Origin: Chloroflexota bacterium
Lineage (GTDB): Bacteria; Chloroflexota; UBA11872; VXNJ01
Direction: 5' to 3'
Assembly: GCA_965261345.1 (NCBI GenBank)
Contig: OZ253449.1
Location: 224,001 to 288,000 of the forward strand
DNA length: 64,000 nt
Shown here: positions 47,518-57,555 of the stretch, in pieces
How the letters are laid out: every line of letters starts with the position of its first letter
Position numbering within the stretch: position 1 is the stretch's first letter
Translations under genes and position numbers: made by a program
Notes under the pieces: model-generated
Told to the model about the DNA's origin: nothing
The model's input: only the letters and a program-made list of their open reading frames with translations
The model's database searches: none

Positions 47518-47523
47518 TTGACA
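47518..47523 (+). promoter_or_regulatory. -35 half of the IS110-B circle-junction promoter (-10 TATGTT at 44258-44263)
   Basis: TTGACA, 17-bp spacer across the CT core, then TATGTT once the ends are joined. Confidence 0.8.
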
Positions 47524-47544
47524 ATCAAGACAATTGCTTTAGGT

Positions 47545-47760
47545 AGCTTCATCTGACTAAGCAATTGGGCATGCGCGATGCTCTGCTCAGCCTGGATGAA
47601 GTCAAGGTCAGCGGCCGGGAGTAACCAATCGCCCCTTGTGTCTTTTGAGCACCGTGGGGGGGACCCGTGCCCCGGTGCAGCTGGCCGCGGCAGATGCCCC
47701 GTGGAGAGTTTGCGTCTTAGAACGCCGGTACAGGGATTGGCAGGTGTCGTGGCGGACCTT
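47545..47760 (+). ncRNA. IS110-A bridge RNA (ends approximate)
   Basis: 5' hairpin CTTCATC/GATGAAG. Target guides AATCGCCCC (47627-47635) and G7 (47656-47662). Donor guides GGAGAGTTT (47703-47711) and GGTACAGG (47727-47734). Confidence 0.75.
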
Positions 47761-47803
47761 CAATGCGATCAATACCATCGCGCACCACACATGGGGAAGG
47801 ACC

Positions 47804-49045
47804 GTGAAAGAACACACTTCCTGGTACGCCGGTATCGACTGGGCCATCGCCGAGCACCAGGTCTGCATCATCGACGCTGACGGCAACGAACATGGTCAGC
47901 GTAATTTCCCGCATCGTGGATCCGGATTGGCGGCCATGGCCGCCTGGATCCTGTCCCGCACCGGAACCGACCCCGAAGATATCGCCATCGCCATTGAGGT
48001 GCCGCATGGACCGGTGGTCGAGAGCCTGCTCGATCGCGGGTTTAAAGTGCATGCCATCAACCCCAAGCAACTCGATCGCTTCCGTGATCGCTTCTTCCCA
48101 GCCGGCGCCAAGGACGACCGCCGCGATGCCAGGGTCCTGGCCGATGCCCTGCGCACCGATCCGCAGGTGCTGCGGCAGCTGGCATCGCCAGATCCCTTGA
48201 CCGTGGAGCTAAGAGAGTTCTCACGTTTGGCTGAGGAGCTCACCAAGGAGCGCACCCGCCTTAGCAACCGGGTGCGACAACAACTCTGGCGCTACTATCC
48301 GCAGGTCCTGGAGATCAGCAACAACGTCACCGAGCCATGGATCCTGGATCTGTGGCAGATGGCTCCCACACCGGAGAGGGGGCGGCGATTGAGTCGAGGC
48401 CGGGTAACCCGCTTGCTAAAACGCCATCGCATCCGTCGCATTGATGCGACAGGCGTGCTCTCGATGCTGCGCCAGGAAGCGATAAAGGTGTCTCCGGGCA
48501 CAACCGAGGCTGCCGTCGCGACGATCACCCTGGTCGCCGAACGTCTAAAGCTCATACAGCGTCAACTGCTCGAGGTCAACACCCAGATCGACCGCTTAAC
48601 CGATGCCATCGCCAACGATGCACTGGGTGAGAGCGGGCAGCGCGACGTGGCCATCCTCTCATCTCTTCCCGGAGTCGGAAGGACGGTCCTCGCCACACTG
48701 CTCACCGAGGCGCATGATCCTCTTATGCGGAGAGACTATCGCGCCCTGCGCTCATTATGCGGAGTTGCGCCGATAACCAAGCGATCGGGCAAGAGCATGA
48801 TCGTTGTCCGACGCCATGCCGTCCATCGTCGACTCGCCAATGCCATGTACCACTGGGCCCGGGTGGCGGTTCAGCATGATCCGGTCAGCCGACGCAAATA
48901 CGACGCATTACGCCTTCGAGGCCATCGGCATGCAAGGGCGTTGCGATCGGTAGCTGACCGTTTGTTGGCGGTGGTCTGCGCTATGCTGCGTAACCAGACC
49001 CTTTATCAGCCAGAACTGCTCCGGAGTGATGCCGCAGCGGCTTGA
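47804..49045 (+). CDS. IS110-A recombinase
   Basis: GIDWA, AIEVPHG, KDDRRDA and KRSGK; GGAAGGA before the GTG start. Confidence 0.93.
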   Translation: MKEHTSWYAGIDWAIAEHQVCIIDADGNEHGQRNFPHRGSGLAAMAAWILSRTGTDPEDIAIAIEVPHGPVVESLLDRGFKVHAINPKQLDRFRDRFFPAGAKDDRRDARVLADALRTDPQVLRQLASPDPLTVELREFSRLAEELTKERTRLSNRVRQQLWRYYPQVLEISNNVTEPWILDLWQMAPTPERGRRLSRGRVTRLLKRHRIRRIDATGVLSMLRQEAIKVSPGTTEAAVATITLVAERLKLIQRQLLEVNTQIDRLTDAIANDALGESGQRDVAILSSLPGVGRTVLATLLTEAHDPLMRRDYRALRSLCGVAPITKRSGKSMIVVRRHAVHRRLANAMYHWARVAVQHDPVSRRKYDALRLRGHRHARALRSVADRLLAVVCAMLRNQTLYQPELLRSDAAAA

Positions 49046-49047
49046 CA
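49042..49047 (+). promoter_or_regulatory. -35 half of the IS110-A circle-junction promoter (-10 TACCTT from 44251)
   Basis: TTGACA + 13 nt + CC + TG gives a 17-bp spacer to TACCTT. Confidence 0.72.
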
Positions 49048-49062
49048 AATGGTAGAGAGTCC

Positions 49063-49364
49063 CCCCCTTCTCAATTCGCCCGGCAATTGGGTGGTCCCCC
49101 AAAGGCGGTTTTTCCGCAAATCCGCCGGAAAGGTCTTCTGACGTCTACGTTTTCTGTCTGCACAAGCATCGCGATCAAGCAACCATCTGTCCCCTCGATG
49201 GCGCCCAGTGGAATTTCTTCGTCGTTCCCACCAAAGTGATTGACGCAAGGCTCGGCAACCAGAAGACCGTCGGAATATCTACGCTTTGCGACGTCGGGGC
49301 GAGGCAGTCACCTTTTGGCGAAATCAAAAAAACGATTTCCACCGTCCTGGGCGGGATGGGTTAG
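49063..49364 (+). pseudogene. PD-(D/E)xK nuclease-like protein, 3' half
   Basis: Open frame from 49068: FSIRPAIGW..SSDVYVFCL..PLDGAQWNFFVVPT..QKTVGI..*; absent from the ORF track. Confidence 0.65.
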
Positions 49365-49444
49365 TCGGAGAGGGCGCTCAGCCGGCCGGCTGAGCGGTAT
49401 TCCGGTCAATTGCCACGCAATCTCAGCCAAGCCTTAAGTGGAGG

Positions 49445-50350
49445 CTAATCGGTGGGTGCTGGCACCTGTCCGATTGCGGCAAGCCTAGTCTTGGCCTCAG
49501 CGTAGACGGAAGCTTCCAGCGGACCGCGCATGACGGCGGCAACGTTTTCCCGCAGGTGCGCTGCGCGGGTGGTGGCGGCAATGATCGTATGGATATCTGG
49601 ATGCGATAGAGTGTAGCGAAGCACGAACGCCGATCGGCTCTCATCGGGTTCGCGCAGGTCGTCTAAGCCCGCCTTCGCGAACTGCCCCCACTTTGCGTCA
49701 CCGTCGCGAGAGGAACCCTCGCCCTGTGCCACGCCGCCGCGAACAATGATTCCGACGCCGGCTTGAGCAGCCTTGCTGATCCAGTCCTCGTGCTCGCGTT
49801 CGAGGGCAGAGTAGGGGATCTGCATCGTCTCAAACACACCCCACTCTAGAAATGTCGGCAGATCCGGCAGGGTTGTCGAAATCCCGATGTGGCCCACCTT
49901 GCCGGCATCGCGCATTTCGATCAGAGCTTCGAGCAATCTGCCCTCCTCGAACTCGGCAACGGTCGGATTGTGGGGTTGGATGATGTCCACACTGTCGCGA
50001 CCCAGCCGTTCAAGGCTGATGTCGATGTTTCTTAGCAGGTTTTCGCGAGTCCAGAGGTGGCCGGAGTTGTTTTCGCCGGGCAAGTCGTCGGTGCACCCAC
50101 ACTTGGTCGCCAACCGGAATTCGCCGTAGCGATCGTTCAGGCTTCTGCCGATCCATTCCTCGGCAAACTTATAGTCGTAGGCCGTATCGACAAAATCGAT
50201 GCCGGCATCGAGCACCGTGTTGTAAAGCTCCGCTGCCGCCTGTTCGGTCCAATGGTGTCTTTCGGGCCGCCAGAGGGCGGTGCCATACCCAAGTCGCGTT
50301 ACTTCGATGCCGGTCTTACCCAGTACCGCGGTCGGCAGTCGATCGCTCAT
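49445..50350 (-). CDS. Aldo/keto reductase
   Basis: LGKTGIEVTRLGYG, DTAYDY, ATK and GKVGHIGIS; GGAGG before ATG 50350. Confidence 0.92.
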   Translation of the reverse strand: MSDRLPTAVLGKTGIEVTRLGYGTALWRPERHHWTEQAAAELYNTVLDAGIDFVDTAYDYKFAEEWIGRSLNDRYGEFRLATKCGCTDDLPGENNSGHLWTRENLLRNIDISLERLGRDSVDIIQPHNPTVAEFEEGRLLEALIEMRDAGKVGHIGISTTLPDLPTFLEWGVFETMQIPYSALEREHEDWISKAAQAGVGIIVRGGVAQGEGSSRDGDAKWGQFAKAGLDDLREPDESRSAFVLRYTLSHPDIHTIIAATTRAAHLRENVAAVMRGPLEASVYAEAKTRLAAIGQVPAPTD

Positions 50351-50803
50351 GTCCCAATATCCTCCACATTTTTCCAACCCCTGCAAGGATCGAATCCTAT
50401 CACGCTTGGACTCGCTGAAGCCGCCGCTTGAGGCCGAGATTTGCTTGCCGCTGCCTAGATTGCAGCCCAAGCAAAGTTTGCCCGCCTGGCACAGCATGGC
50501 TTCGGAGGGTCGATACAAAACATCACTGGCCTTGCGCTCATGATTGCGCACGGCAGGGCCGGTGATTGCGACAGGCTGCGCCAAGATTGCGCCGATTGAG
50601 CGGACCTGGTAGAGCGCATGCTAAAACAGAATCAGAAGATCGACAACCCTCCTATTTCCGGCCAGCCGCGCTGCCTGGTAAATCGGCGTCCCTTGGGACT
50701 GCTTGGAAGAACTTCAGGCAAACCCCGGGATGGCGGGCGCAAGACTTTCCGCTTAAGCCCGCTGGGTGCAAATTCCGCGTCGCAAAAATGCAAGGATGCA
50801 AGG

Positions 50804-51328
50804 ATGCAAATGCTAAATCGAATGCTGGGCGCCGCCCGGCTCAGCGTCAAAACTTTCGAAGACGTCGAAAATGACCGCAGTGCGACCCTGCAGGCGCTGG
50901 CGGTTGTGGTAATCGTTGCCATCGCCAGCGGTGTTGGCGGGCTCTTTACTGGCGAGGTTGACGTGACCAGGGGCCTACTATTTGGGGCAATCCGCGGAGT
51001 CGTGTCCTGGGCAGCGTGGGCGCTGGTGGCCTGGCTGGTAGGTGCCTATTTGCTAAAGACGCCAGAGACCAACGCCGACTGGGGGCAGCTGGCTCGTGGA
51101 ACAGGGTTTGCCCAGACGCCGGGCATCGCCAACGCGTTAGTGTTCATACCTTGGGTCGGTGGCACAATCGCTGTCCTGGCGTTCTTCTGGCAGCTGGCGG
51201 CCATGGTTGTTGCGGTGCGGCAGTGCCTAGATTACAAATCGACTTTGCGCGCGTTCTTCGTGATTCTCATTTCCGCTATCCCAGTCGGAATCATCAACGG
51301 CATTATCTTTGGGGTTGCGCAGATTTAG
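50804..51328 (+). CDS. YIP1-family membrane protein
   Basis: MLNRMLGAARL..FEDVEND..TLQA..RGTGFAQTPG; multiple TM helices. Confidence 0.75.
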   Translation: MQMLNRMLGAARLSVKTFEDVENDRSATLQALAVVVIVAIASGVGGLFTGEVDVTRGLLFGAIRGVVSWAAWALVAWLVGAYLLKTPETNADWGQLARGTGFAQTPGIANALVFIPWVGGTIAVLAFFWQLAAMVVAVRQCLDYKSTLRAFFVILISAIPVGIINGIIFGVAQI

Positions 51329-51652
51329 CAAAGTACGGCAGTCGGGCGGGTTTCCGCTGCGCAGTTATTTCGCCCAAATGATCCTTCCGGATCAGCCTAA
51401 CCCGGGATGGACCCGCTAAACCGGGGCCGATGTCGTTGCGATCCCTTTACCTGATCGGATCATGACCCTCCGCCTGGGATAAGGCAGGAAAGGATCAATC
51501 TGGAAGGGCCACATCAAGAGCGCGGCCGACTCTCCCGTCAGCAAGACGACTGCAGCCCTCGATGATGGACTCCGCCAGGTTTCCCAGCCATCTAACCGAG
51601 TCATGATCGCCCGGCGTTGGACTGTTGCTTTTTGGGAGAGGCCCTTTCCGGG

Positions 51653-53566
51653 CTAGGCCGGAAGATCCAAGGCCGGATTGGAATGGAAGAAGCCATCCGG
51701 CTTGAGCATGAAACCGATTCGGTGAACTGGCATTACCGGCCAATCCTCGGGCCGCGGTATGTGGGTATGACCAAACGTGTACCAGACCACCAGATCGGTA
51801 TCGGCGATTTCCCGGTTGGCCTTAGTCCATGAAGGCAGCCCATCGCCACCTGGGCGCTGGTTGGGGAAATCGCCGGCGGCATATCGTTCATCGGGCCGGT
51901 AGGGCGTCACCCACAGGTGCTTATTTAAAAAACCGGCCCGGCGGATCACCGCGGCGTTTTCGTCAGCAAAGGGCAACGCGTTTTCGGCGGGCACGAGCCG
52001 ATACCCGACCGATTCACCCATCCGGTTTTTAACCGACCGGTTTACCACTTTCCAGTAGCGGCCCGATGGCATATTGCAGAGTCTCTGCGCGTCGGCCTCG
52101 CGCTCAAGCAGCGTGTGCTCGGCCACAAAGGCATTGCCGTGGGGATTCTCGCTGCTCCGCGGTACGGCCTTGCCGTTTACCTCATAGACGGAGTTGAGCG
52201 GGCCGTCCACACACATGTCCAGTCGAGCATTGAAGATGTGTTGATGGTAGGGGGCGCAGAGTTGCGGCGCCACCTCGGTTCCGTGCCGAGGTTTGTGACC
52301 GGGCTCAAGAGCGCAGGAATTGGCAATTCCGGTCAACTTGACGTCTAACCCCAGCGATCCGTCCAAGTAGAAATTCCAGTAGAAGGCGTAGTCGTATATG
52401 CCGACAGTGGCGATGAAGGAAGCCACCAACCGGCGCGAGCGCCGAACCTCGACCTCCCCGCTGCGCCAATCGGTGTGCTTCCAGAGGATCCCGTCGTCTT
52501 CCTCGTGCAGACAGATGGCGTTTTTGATCGTGAACGGCCCGCCCCGGCTGGTGACAAAGTGGGCGTCGAAGTAGCGGATCTGGCCCAGGCAGTCGCATCC
52601 CAGCTCGAGTGAATTGGCCAGCTGGCCTATCCCGTATTCACCGATGTCGAACGCGTTCTTGCGGTAACTGGTCACGCTCGGATCGCCGTAGGGAACGACC
52701 ATTTCCGAGAGCGAGGCGCGATGGATGATTGGACGCATCTTCCCGTTGTCGGCGTATCCGATTGTGTGAAGGACGAGACCTTCGCGGGCGGTGAACCCGA
52801 TTCGGAACCGCCAGTTCTGCCAATGGATTTCATGGCCGTCGATCCTAAAACTCGGACCCTCGCGCTGGACTATTTCCAGCGGCCGCAGGCCTTCCCGTGT
52901 TGCATTTATGTAATTCCGGGTCCAATTGCCAGCCTCGGGCGGCAGTGGCACCGCCCCGAAATCTTCGACCCGCAACACCTCCATCGAATTGAGATCAATA
53001 ACCGCCAATAAACCCTCGAGCGGGTTTGCATAGCCGTTGTCACGCGGTTCCGAACGAACGTAGGAAATCGCGCGCACCAAACGCCGGTCGCGCTCCGCCT
53101 CAGGTTCGTTCCCGTATGCCCCGGCCGACCAGGGGTCAACCATTACCAGGTCGGGGTCGGTTACACCACGTTTTCGCAATGCGGCGACAAATTCCGGTGA
53201 GCGCTTCAGCGCCGCCTCGCTTTCAACGATCTCATCGAGCATGATCGCCGGTTGCACGCCGCAGCGCCGATTCCAGAATTTAACGACCCGCTGGGTCAGC
53301 GAAACGACCGCTTCGATGCATTGTCCGGATTCGTTATCGAGCAGGGTAAGTTCGACTGCGCGGTCGACTTGGTCACCCGGTTCAAATTCAAGGACTTCGT
53401 TTTTTGGCGGCTCGCAAAGGGCGACACTGACAAAACGAGTGGTTCGCGTGGCCCGGGAATCTGCGCGCACGATGTCCACTGCGCTTAAGGCTTCGGCACC
53501 CGAGAGTGGTTCAAGCGGATGTGCGCCCAGGCGATTCGCCGAATAATGCGTGGCCGACTGCACCAT
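51653..53566 (-). CDS. tynA: Copper-containing primary amine oxidase
   Basis: HPLEPL, KNAFDIGEYG, LGCDCLG, HQH and HIPRPEDWPVMP; the TPQ motif reads IYDY. Confidence 0.92.
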   Translation of the reverse strand: MVQSATHYSANRLGAHPLEPLSGAEALSAVDIVRADSRATRTTRFVSVALCEPPKNEVLEFEPGDQVDRAVELTLLDNESGQCIEAVVSLTQRVVKFWNRRCGVQPAIMLDEIVESEAALKRSPEFVAALRKRGVTDPDLVMVDPWSAGAYGNEPEAERDRRLVRAISYVRSEPRDNGYANPLEGLLAVIDLNSMEVLRVEDFGAVPLPPEAGNWTRNYINATREGLRPLEIVQREGPSFRIDGHEIHWQNWRFRIGFTAREGLVLHTIGYADNGKMRPIIHRASLSEMVVPYGDPSVTSYRKNAFDIGEYGIGQLANSLELGCDCLGQIRYFDAHFVTSRGGPFTIKNAICLHEEDDGILWKHTDWRSGEVEVRRSRRLVASFIATVGIYDYAFYWNFYLDGSLGLDVKLTGIANSCALEPGHKPRHGTEVAPQLCAPYHQHIFNARLDMCVDGPLNSVYEVNGKAVPRSSENPHGNAFVAEHTLLEREADAQRLCNMPSGRYWKVVNRSVKNRMGESVGYRLVPAENALPFADENAAVIRRAGFLNKHLWVTPYRPDERYAAGDFPNQRPGGDGLPSWTKANREIADTDLVVWYTFGHTHIPRPEDWPVMPVHRIGFMLKPDGFFHSNPALDLPA

Positions 53567-53619
53567 GTTTGCTCCTACCGGTTGTCCAGATGATCCAATT
53601 TAAGCGAGCCTCGTCCTAG

Positions 53620-55813
53620 AAGCCCGGCCGAAAAGCCCCTGTACAAAGGGCTAATCCGTCATCAAACATATAAAATATCAACAGGCATCTTGCGGAGCCT
53701 TTCCATTGATAAAAACATAGCATTGCCGGGTGGTGGAGACATGCTGGGGACCCATGCCCAAAAGGGCTTCTTCCAGACCGACGGCCTGCACCTTGACTAC
53801 GTAGGACGCGATACCTTCTACGGCCGCCTGGCGGGCATGCGGGGAGAGCTGTTCAAAGACGAAGATTTCGCCGATCTCTACTGCGCCGACAACGGCCGCC
53901 CCAGCGTGGCGCCCTCGCTGCTGGCCACCGTTCTCCTGCTGCAGGCCCACGATAAGGTCTCTGACAACGAGGCCAAGCAGCGGGCCGACTACGACCTGCG
54001 CTGGAAGGTGGCGCTGGGGACCGAGCTGGAAGAACGCGCGTTCGCCAAGTCCACATTGCAGCTGTTTCGCTCGCAGCTGATCGTTCACGGCAGGGCGCGG
54101 GGGATATTTCGCCGCTCCCTGCAGCACGCCCGCAAAAAGGGCTTCTTCAAGGGCCAGAGCATGAAGCTGGCGATCGATACCACCGCCATCCTGGGCAGGG
54201 GCGCGGTGCGGGACGCCTACAACCTGATCGGGGACGGCTGCCGCCTGCTGGTCGGCGCCCTGGCCGAACAGGATGGCCAAGACCCCAAAGAGTGGGCCCG
54301 CCAACACGGCTACAACCTGCATGCCGGCAAGAGCCTGAAGGGCGCTGTCGCCATCGACTGGTCGGACCGTAAACAGCGCCGCCGGTTCCTGGGGCGGATC
54401 GTCAGAGACGCCGACTCGCTGCTGGCAAGGGCCCGCAGCGCGCTTGAATCCCCTGCTCCCGACAATAAGCGCGCCGATAAGATCCTGGCCTGCTCGCAGC
54501 TGCTGTCGCAGATCCTGCTCCAGGACGTAAAACGCGTCCCCGCGGAACCGGCAAAACCGGTTCCCGACGACCGCGATCGGCTGCTGCTGCCGGCGGGAAC
54601 CGACGCCGGCGAGGTCGATCCCGCCCCGGTGGCGGTCAGAGACAGGGGTGTCGCGGCCAGGGATTCGGCCGACGGCGCAGATGGCGAGGAAGTGGAGATC
54701 GTCCGGGGCGGACGCGACCGGATCATATCGGCGCACGATCCGCAGATGCGCCATGGACGCAAGAGCTCGACCAACCGCTTTGCCGGCCACAAGGCCGCCA
54801 TCGCCGTAGATTTGTCAACCGGCCTGGTAACCGCGGTAGACGTGATCCCGGGCAACGCCCCCGACAACTGCGGCGCCCTGGCGCTGGTGCGGGAGGCCGA
54901 AGAGAACGCCGCCGCCAAAGTCGAGATCGTCATCGGCGACTGCGCCTACGGGGCTGGCGACACCCGCAAGGACTTCGCCGACGCCGGGTACGACCTCTTC
55001 GCCAGGGCGCCGGGTAAACCAGCCAGCCGCTACTTTAGTAAAGCAGGACTTTGCCATCGATCTGGAAAAGGGAACCTGCACCTGCCCGGCCGGGCAGATA
55101 ACTTCCGATTACCGCCGCTCGCGCTCCCGGCGCAGCGCCAAGACACGCGCCGGCCTCTTCCACTTCGCTAAAGAGCAGTGCTCGGCCTGTCCGCTCAAGA
55201 GATCCTGCATACGCTCTGCGACCAAACCCAACCGCCGCATCAGCGTCCATCCCCAGGAACGCCTGCTGCAGCAGGCCCGCATCCGCCAGCGCAGTAAGGA
55301 AGGCTTAAAGATCGCGCGCCTTAGAACCCGCGTCGAGCACCGCCTGGCCAGGCTCTGCCAGCTGGGCGTGCGCCAGTCGCGGTTCTTTGGCAGGCAACTT
55401 GCCGGGTTCCAGCTGCTGATGGCGGCCACGGTGGCCAACCTAACGCTTGCCGAAGGGGAGTCGTGGAAAAGGAAACCCTCGGGAACCGACCCGGGCCGGG
55501 AAGCCGGGCTGACCGCGGCCGCCGCAAACGGCCGGGAGGCGGCGCAGATGGCGATGGAGGGCAATCGGAACGGGGTCGCCGAAGGCCGGGAAGTAGCTTC
55601 TGCGCCGGTAATGGAAGGACCTGCGAATCGGGATTTGGCGCGGGGTCTTAAAAATGCGGTTGCCGCCGGCGCGATCGTTGCATGGGCCCAGAATTCCCAC
55701 GAAATATCGATCCAGAGTGTCCTAAATCGGTTTGGCGGCCTCAGGGAGGTCTTCGAGGTCATTGCTAATCTGTTTGAGCCCCGACGCGCGTTTTGGGCTT
55801 TTCGGCCTGGTTT
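53620..55813 (+). mobile_element. IS1182-like element
   Basis: IRs AAGCCCGGCCGAAAAGCCC / rc AAACCAGGCCGAAAAGCCC, flanked by CTAG at 53616-53619 and 55814-55817. Confidence 0.85.
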
Positions 55814-55817
55814 CTAG
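53741..55817 (+). pseudogene. IS1182-like transposase, frameshift near 55045
   Basis: GRPSVAP, AIDTT and GDCAYG; after the shift CTCPAG, CSACPLK..C and RTRVEHR. Confidence 0.82.
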
Positions 55818-56528
55818 GGTCCGCCCGCGATCACAATGGAGGCGGCGGCATCGCTGGTCGGTGCGAGCAACATTGCCGATCACGCCGGTAGCGGCGTGAT
55901 CGCTCGCTGGCAACATTAGGCGGCACGCCAACCATAGCGACCTGCATTTTTACGGCCTGGCGCCGCCCGTTGGAAAGAGGACGCGGCACCGCCGGTTCGC
56001 AGCGGCCGGCGGCGGGAGCGTCCGATAGATCTCCGCCAGCATTACCGGACAGATATAACCGGATGAAAGCATATGACGTTACCAAATGCCGTCCGGGCAT
56101 GCCCGATCCGGGCCCGTCGGGGCGTCCAAGGTTGGCTCGTCAATAAAAGATTCTCTGGTTGCCGGGCGACCTAAGCAGTAAGCAGCGGGTCGCAATAACT
56201 TGCCACTCGTCAAGGTGCCTGCGACCGAGTATCGGCACAAGATAGGCGTTGGCAACTCAAGCGATTGCCGGCCGGAAGGTGGCCGCAGCCAATCTGAAAT
56301 TGACACAATCACGTCTTTTTTTCAGGTCGAATCGGAAACCGCAATCGCAACGGCGGCGCGACGTTGGCAGACGATGTCAACCGAAATTCTTATCGGGTCG
56401 CCAGCGGTTCAGTCGAAGGACAGCGACCCGGGCGCAGCGGTAAACATCGGCAACCCCGACCTCGACACAGCCCGGAGTCGCGTTGAAGGTCGCCCACCGC
56501 TGCGGTACGCCGCATCCGAAAACCGCCG

Positions 56529-57218
56529 TTACCGACCGTCCTTCTTGGGCAGGAAGGGAATGATCTTGTCCGCTAGCGACGCCAGATTTCGGGATTGGAT
56601 CCACACATGGCCGCTGCCGCGAAATTTCATGACCAGGCCTTCACCACCCCCGACCAGGGAGCGCAGTCCGCCCGCCTTACCGATCGAGTATTCGACGTCA
56701 TCGGTGAACGCGACCAGGTGTCCGGTGTCAACCACCAGTTCCTTCCCTGGCTCCACCGGCAACTGTTTGATGGCCCCGTAGGAGTTGTAGAAAACCTTGC
56801 CGGATCCACTTTCGGTAAACGCCCGCAGGAAGAACAGGCTTTCGCCACCAAGGACTCCGCGGAATCCCTGGAAATCGGCATCGGTTTCAACGTTGTCGGT
56901 GCAGGCCAGAAAGGATCCGGACTGAATGAACAGGTTCTGTCCCGGGGCAAGCGGAAAATCACCGATGTCGCCCGGAGTCGAAGGCGCCAGATACACTTTT
57001 CCGCCGCCGCCGGCGGCGGTGAAAGTGTTGATAAAAAACGATTCGCCGCCGAGCATCCGCTTGAATCCGCCGAGAAGCCCCCTGCCGCGAGAGTCGGTCG
57101 TTAATTCGACGTCCTGTTGGGCCACCATCGCCCCCGGCTCGGCCTTGATGCTCTCACCAGGCGCCAGATCAACCAACAACATGGCGTAGCTGGCATTGAA
57201 CTCGATTGTGGTGTTCAT
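56529..57218 (-). CDS. TIGR00266/AIM24-family protein
   Basis: AEPGAMV, GGESFF, VVDTGHLVAF, GGEGLV and WIQSRN. Confidence 0.9.
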   Translation of the reverse strand: MNTTIEFNASYAMLLVDLAPGESIKAEPGAMVAQQDVELTTDSRGRGLLGGFKRMLGGESFFINTFTAAGGGGKVYLAPSTPGDIGDFPLAPGQNLFIQSGSFLACTDNVETDADFQGFRGVLGGESLFFLRAFTESGSGKVFYNSYGAIKQLPVEPGKELVVDTGHLVAFTDDVEYSIGKAGGLRSLVGGGEGLVMKFRGSGHVWIQSRNLASLADKIIPFLPKKDGR

Positions 57219-57555
57219 CAATCACTCCCCAATTGGCATATCCAAGATTGCAAGGGAAAAGTCGGCCGGTTCAATTGCCCACCGGACCCCGTCCGCTTAG
57301 CTCCCACGATCGGCGACCGCTCCACCGGACTGCCGCCGTCTAATTTCAACCTAAACTCGCCGACAAATTTCCACTTTCCCTGCGGAAAACATTTGAGCTC
57401 AACGGTGGTGTAACGTGGGCCGATCCGTCCTCAGTGAGTGCGTCCGAAAATTCGTAATCTTCGCGCCATTGCCAACCAAATGCGGTAAAGAACGCGAACG
57501 CGGTTGGCTGCAAAGCCGAAAATTAGCGAGGATCGACCTCGACATAGCAGCGACG

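Noticed and set aside
53678-54790. Long antisense ORFs (also 13083-14129, 2626-3456, 39107-39934)
   Set aside because: Shadow frames of real GC-rich genes on the opposite strand.
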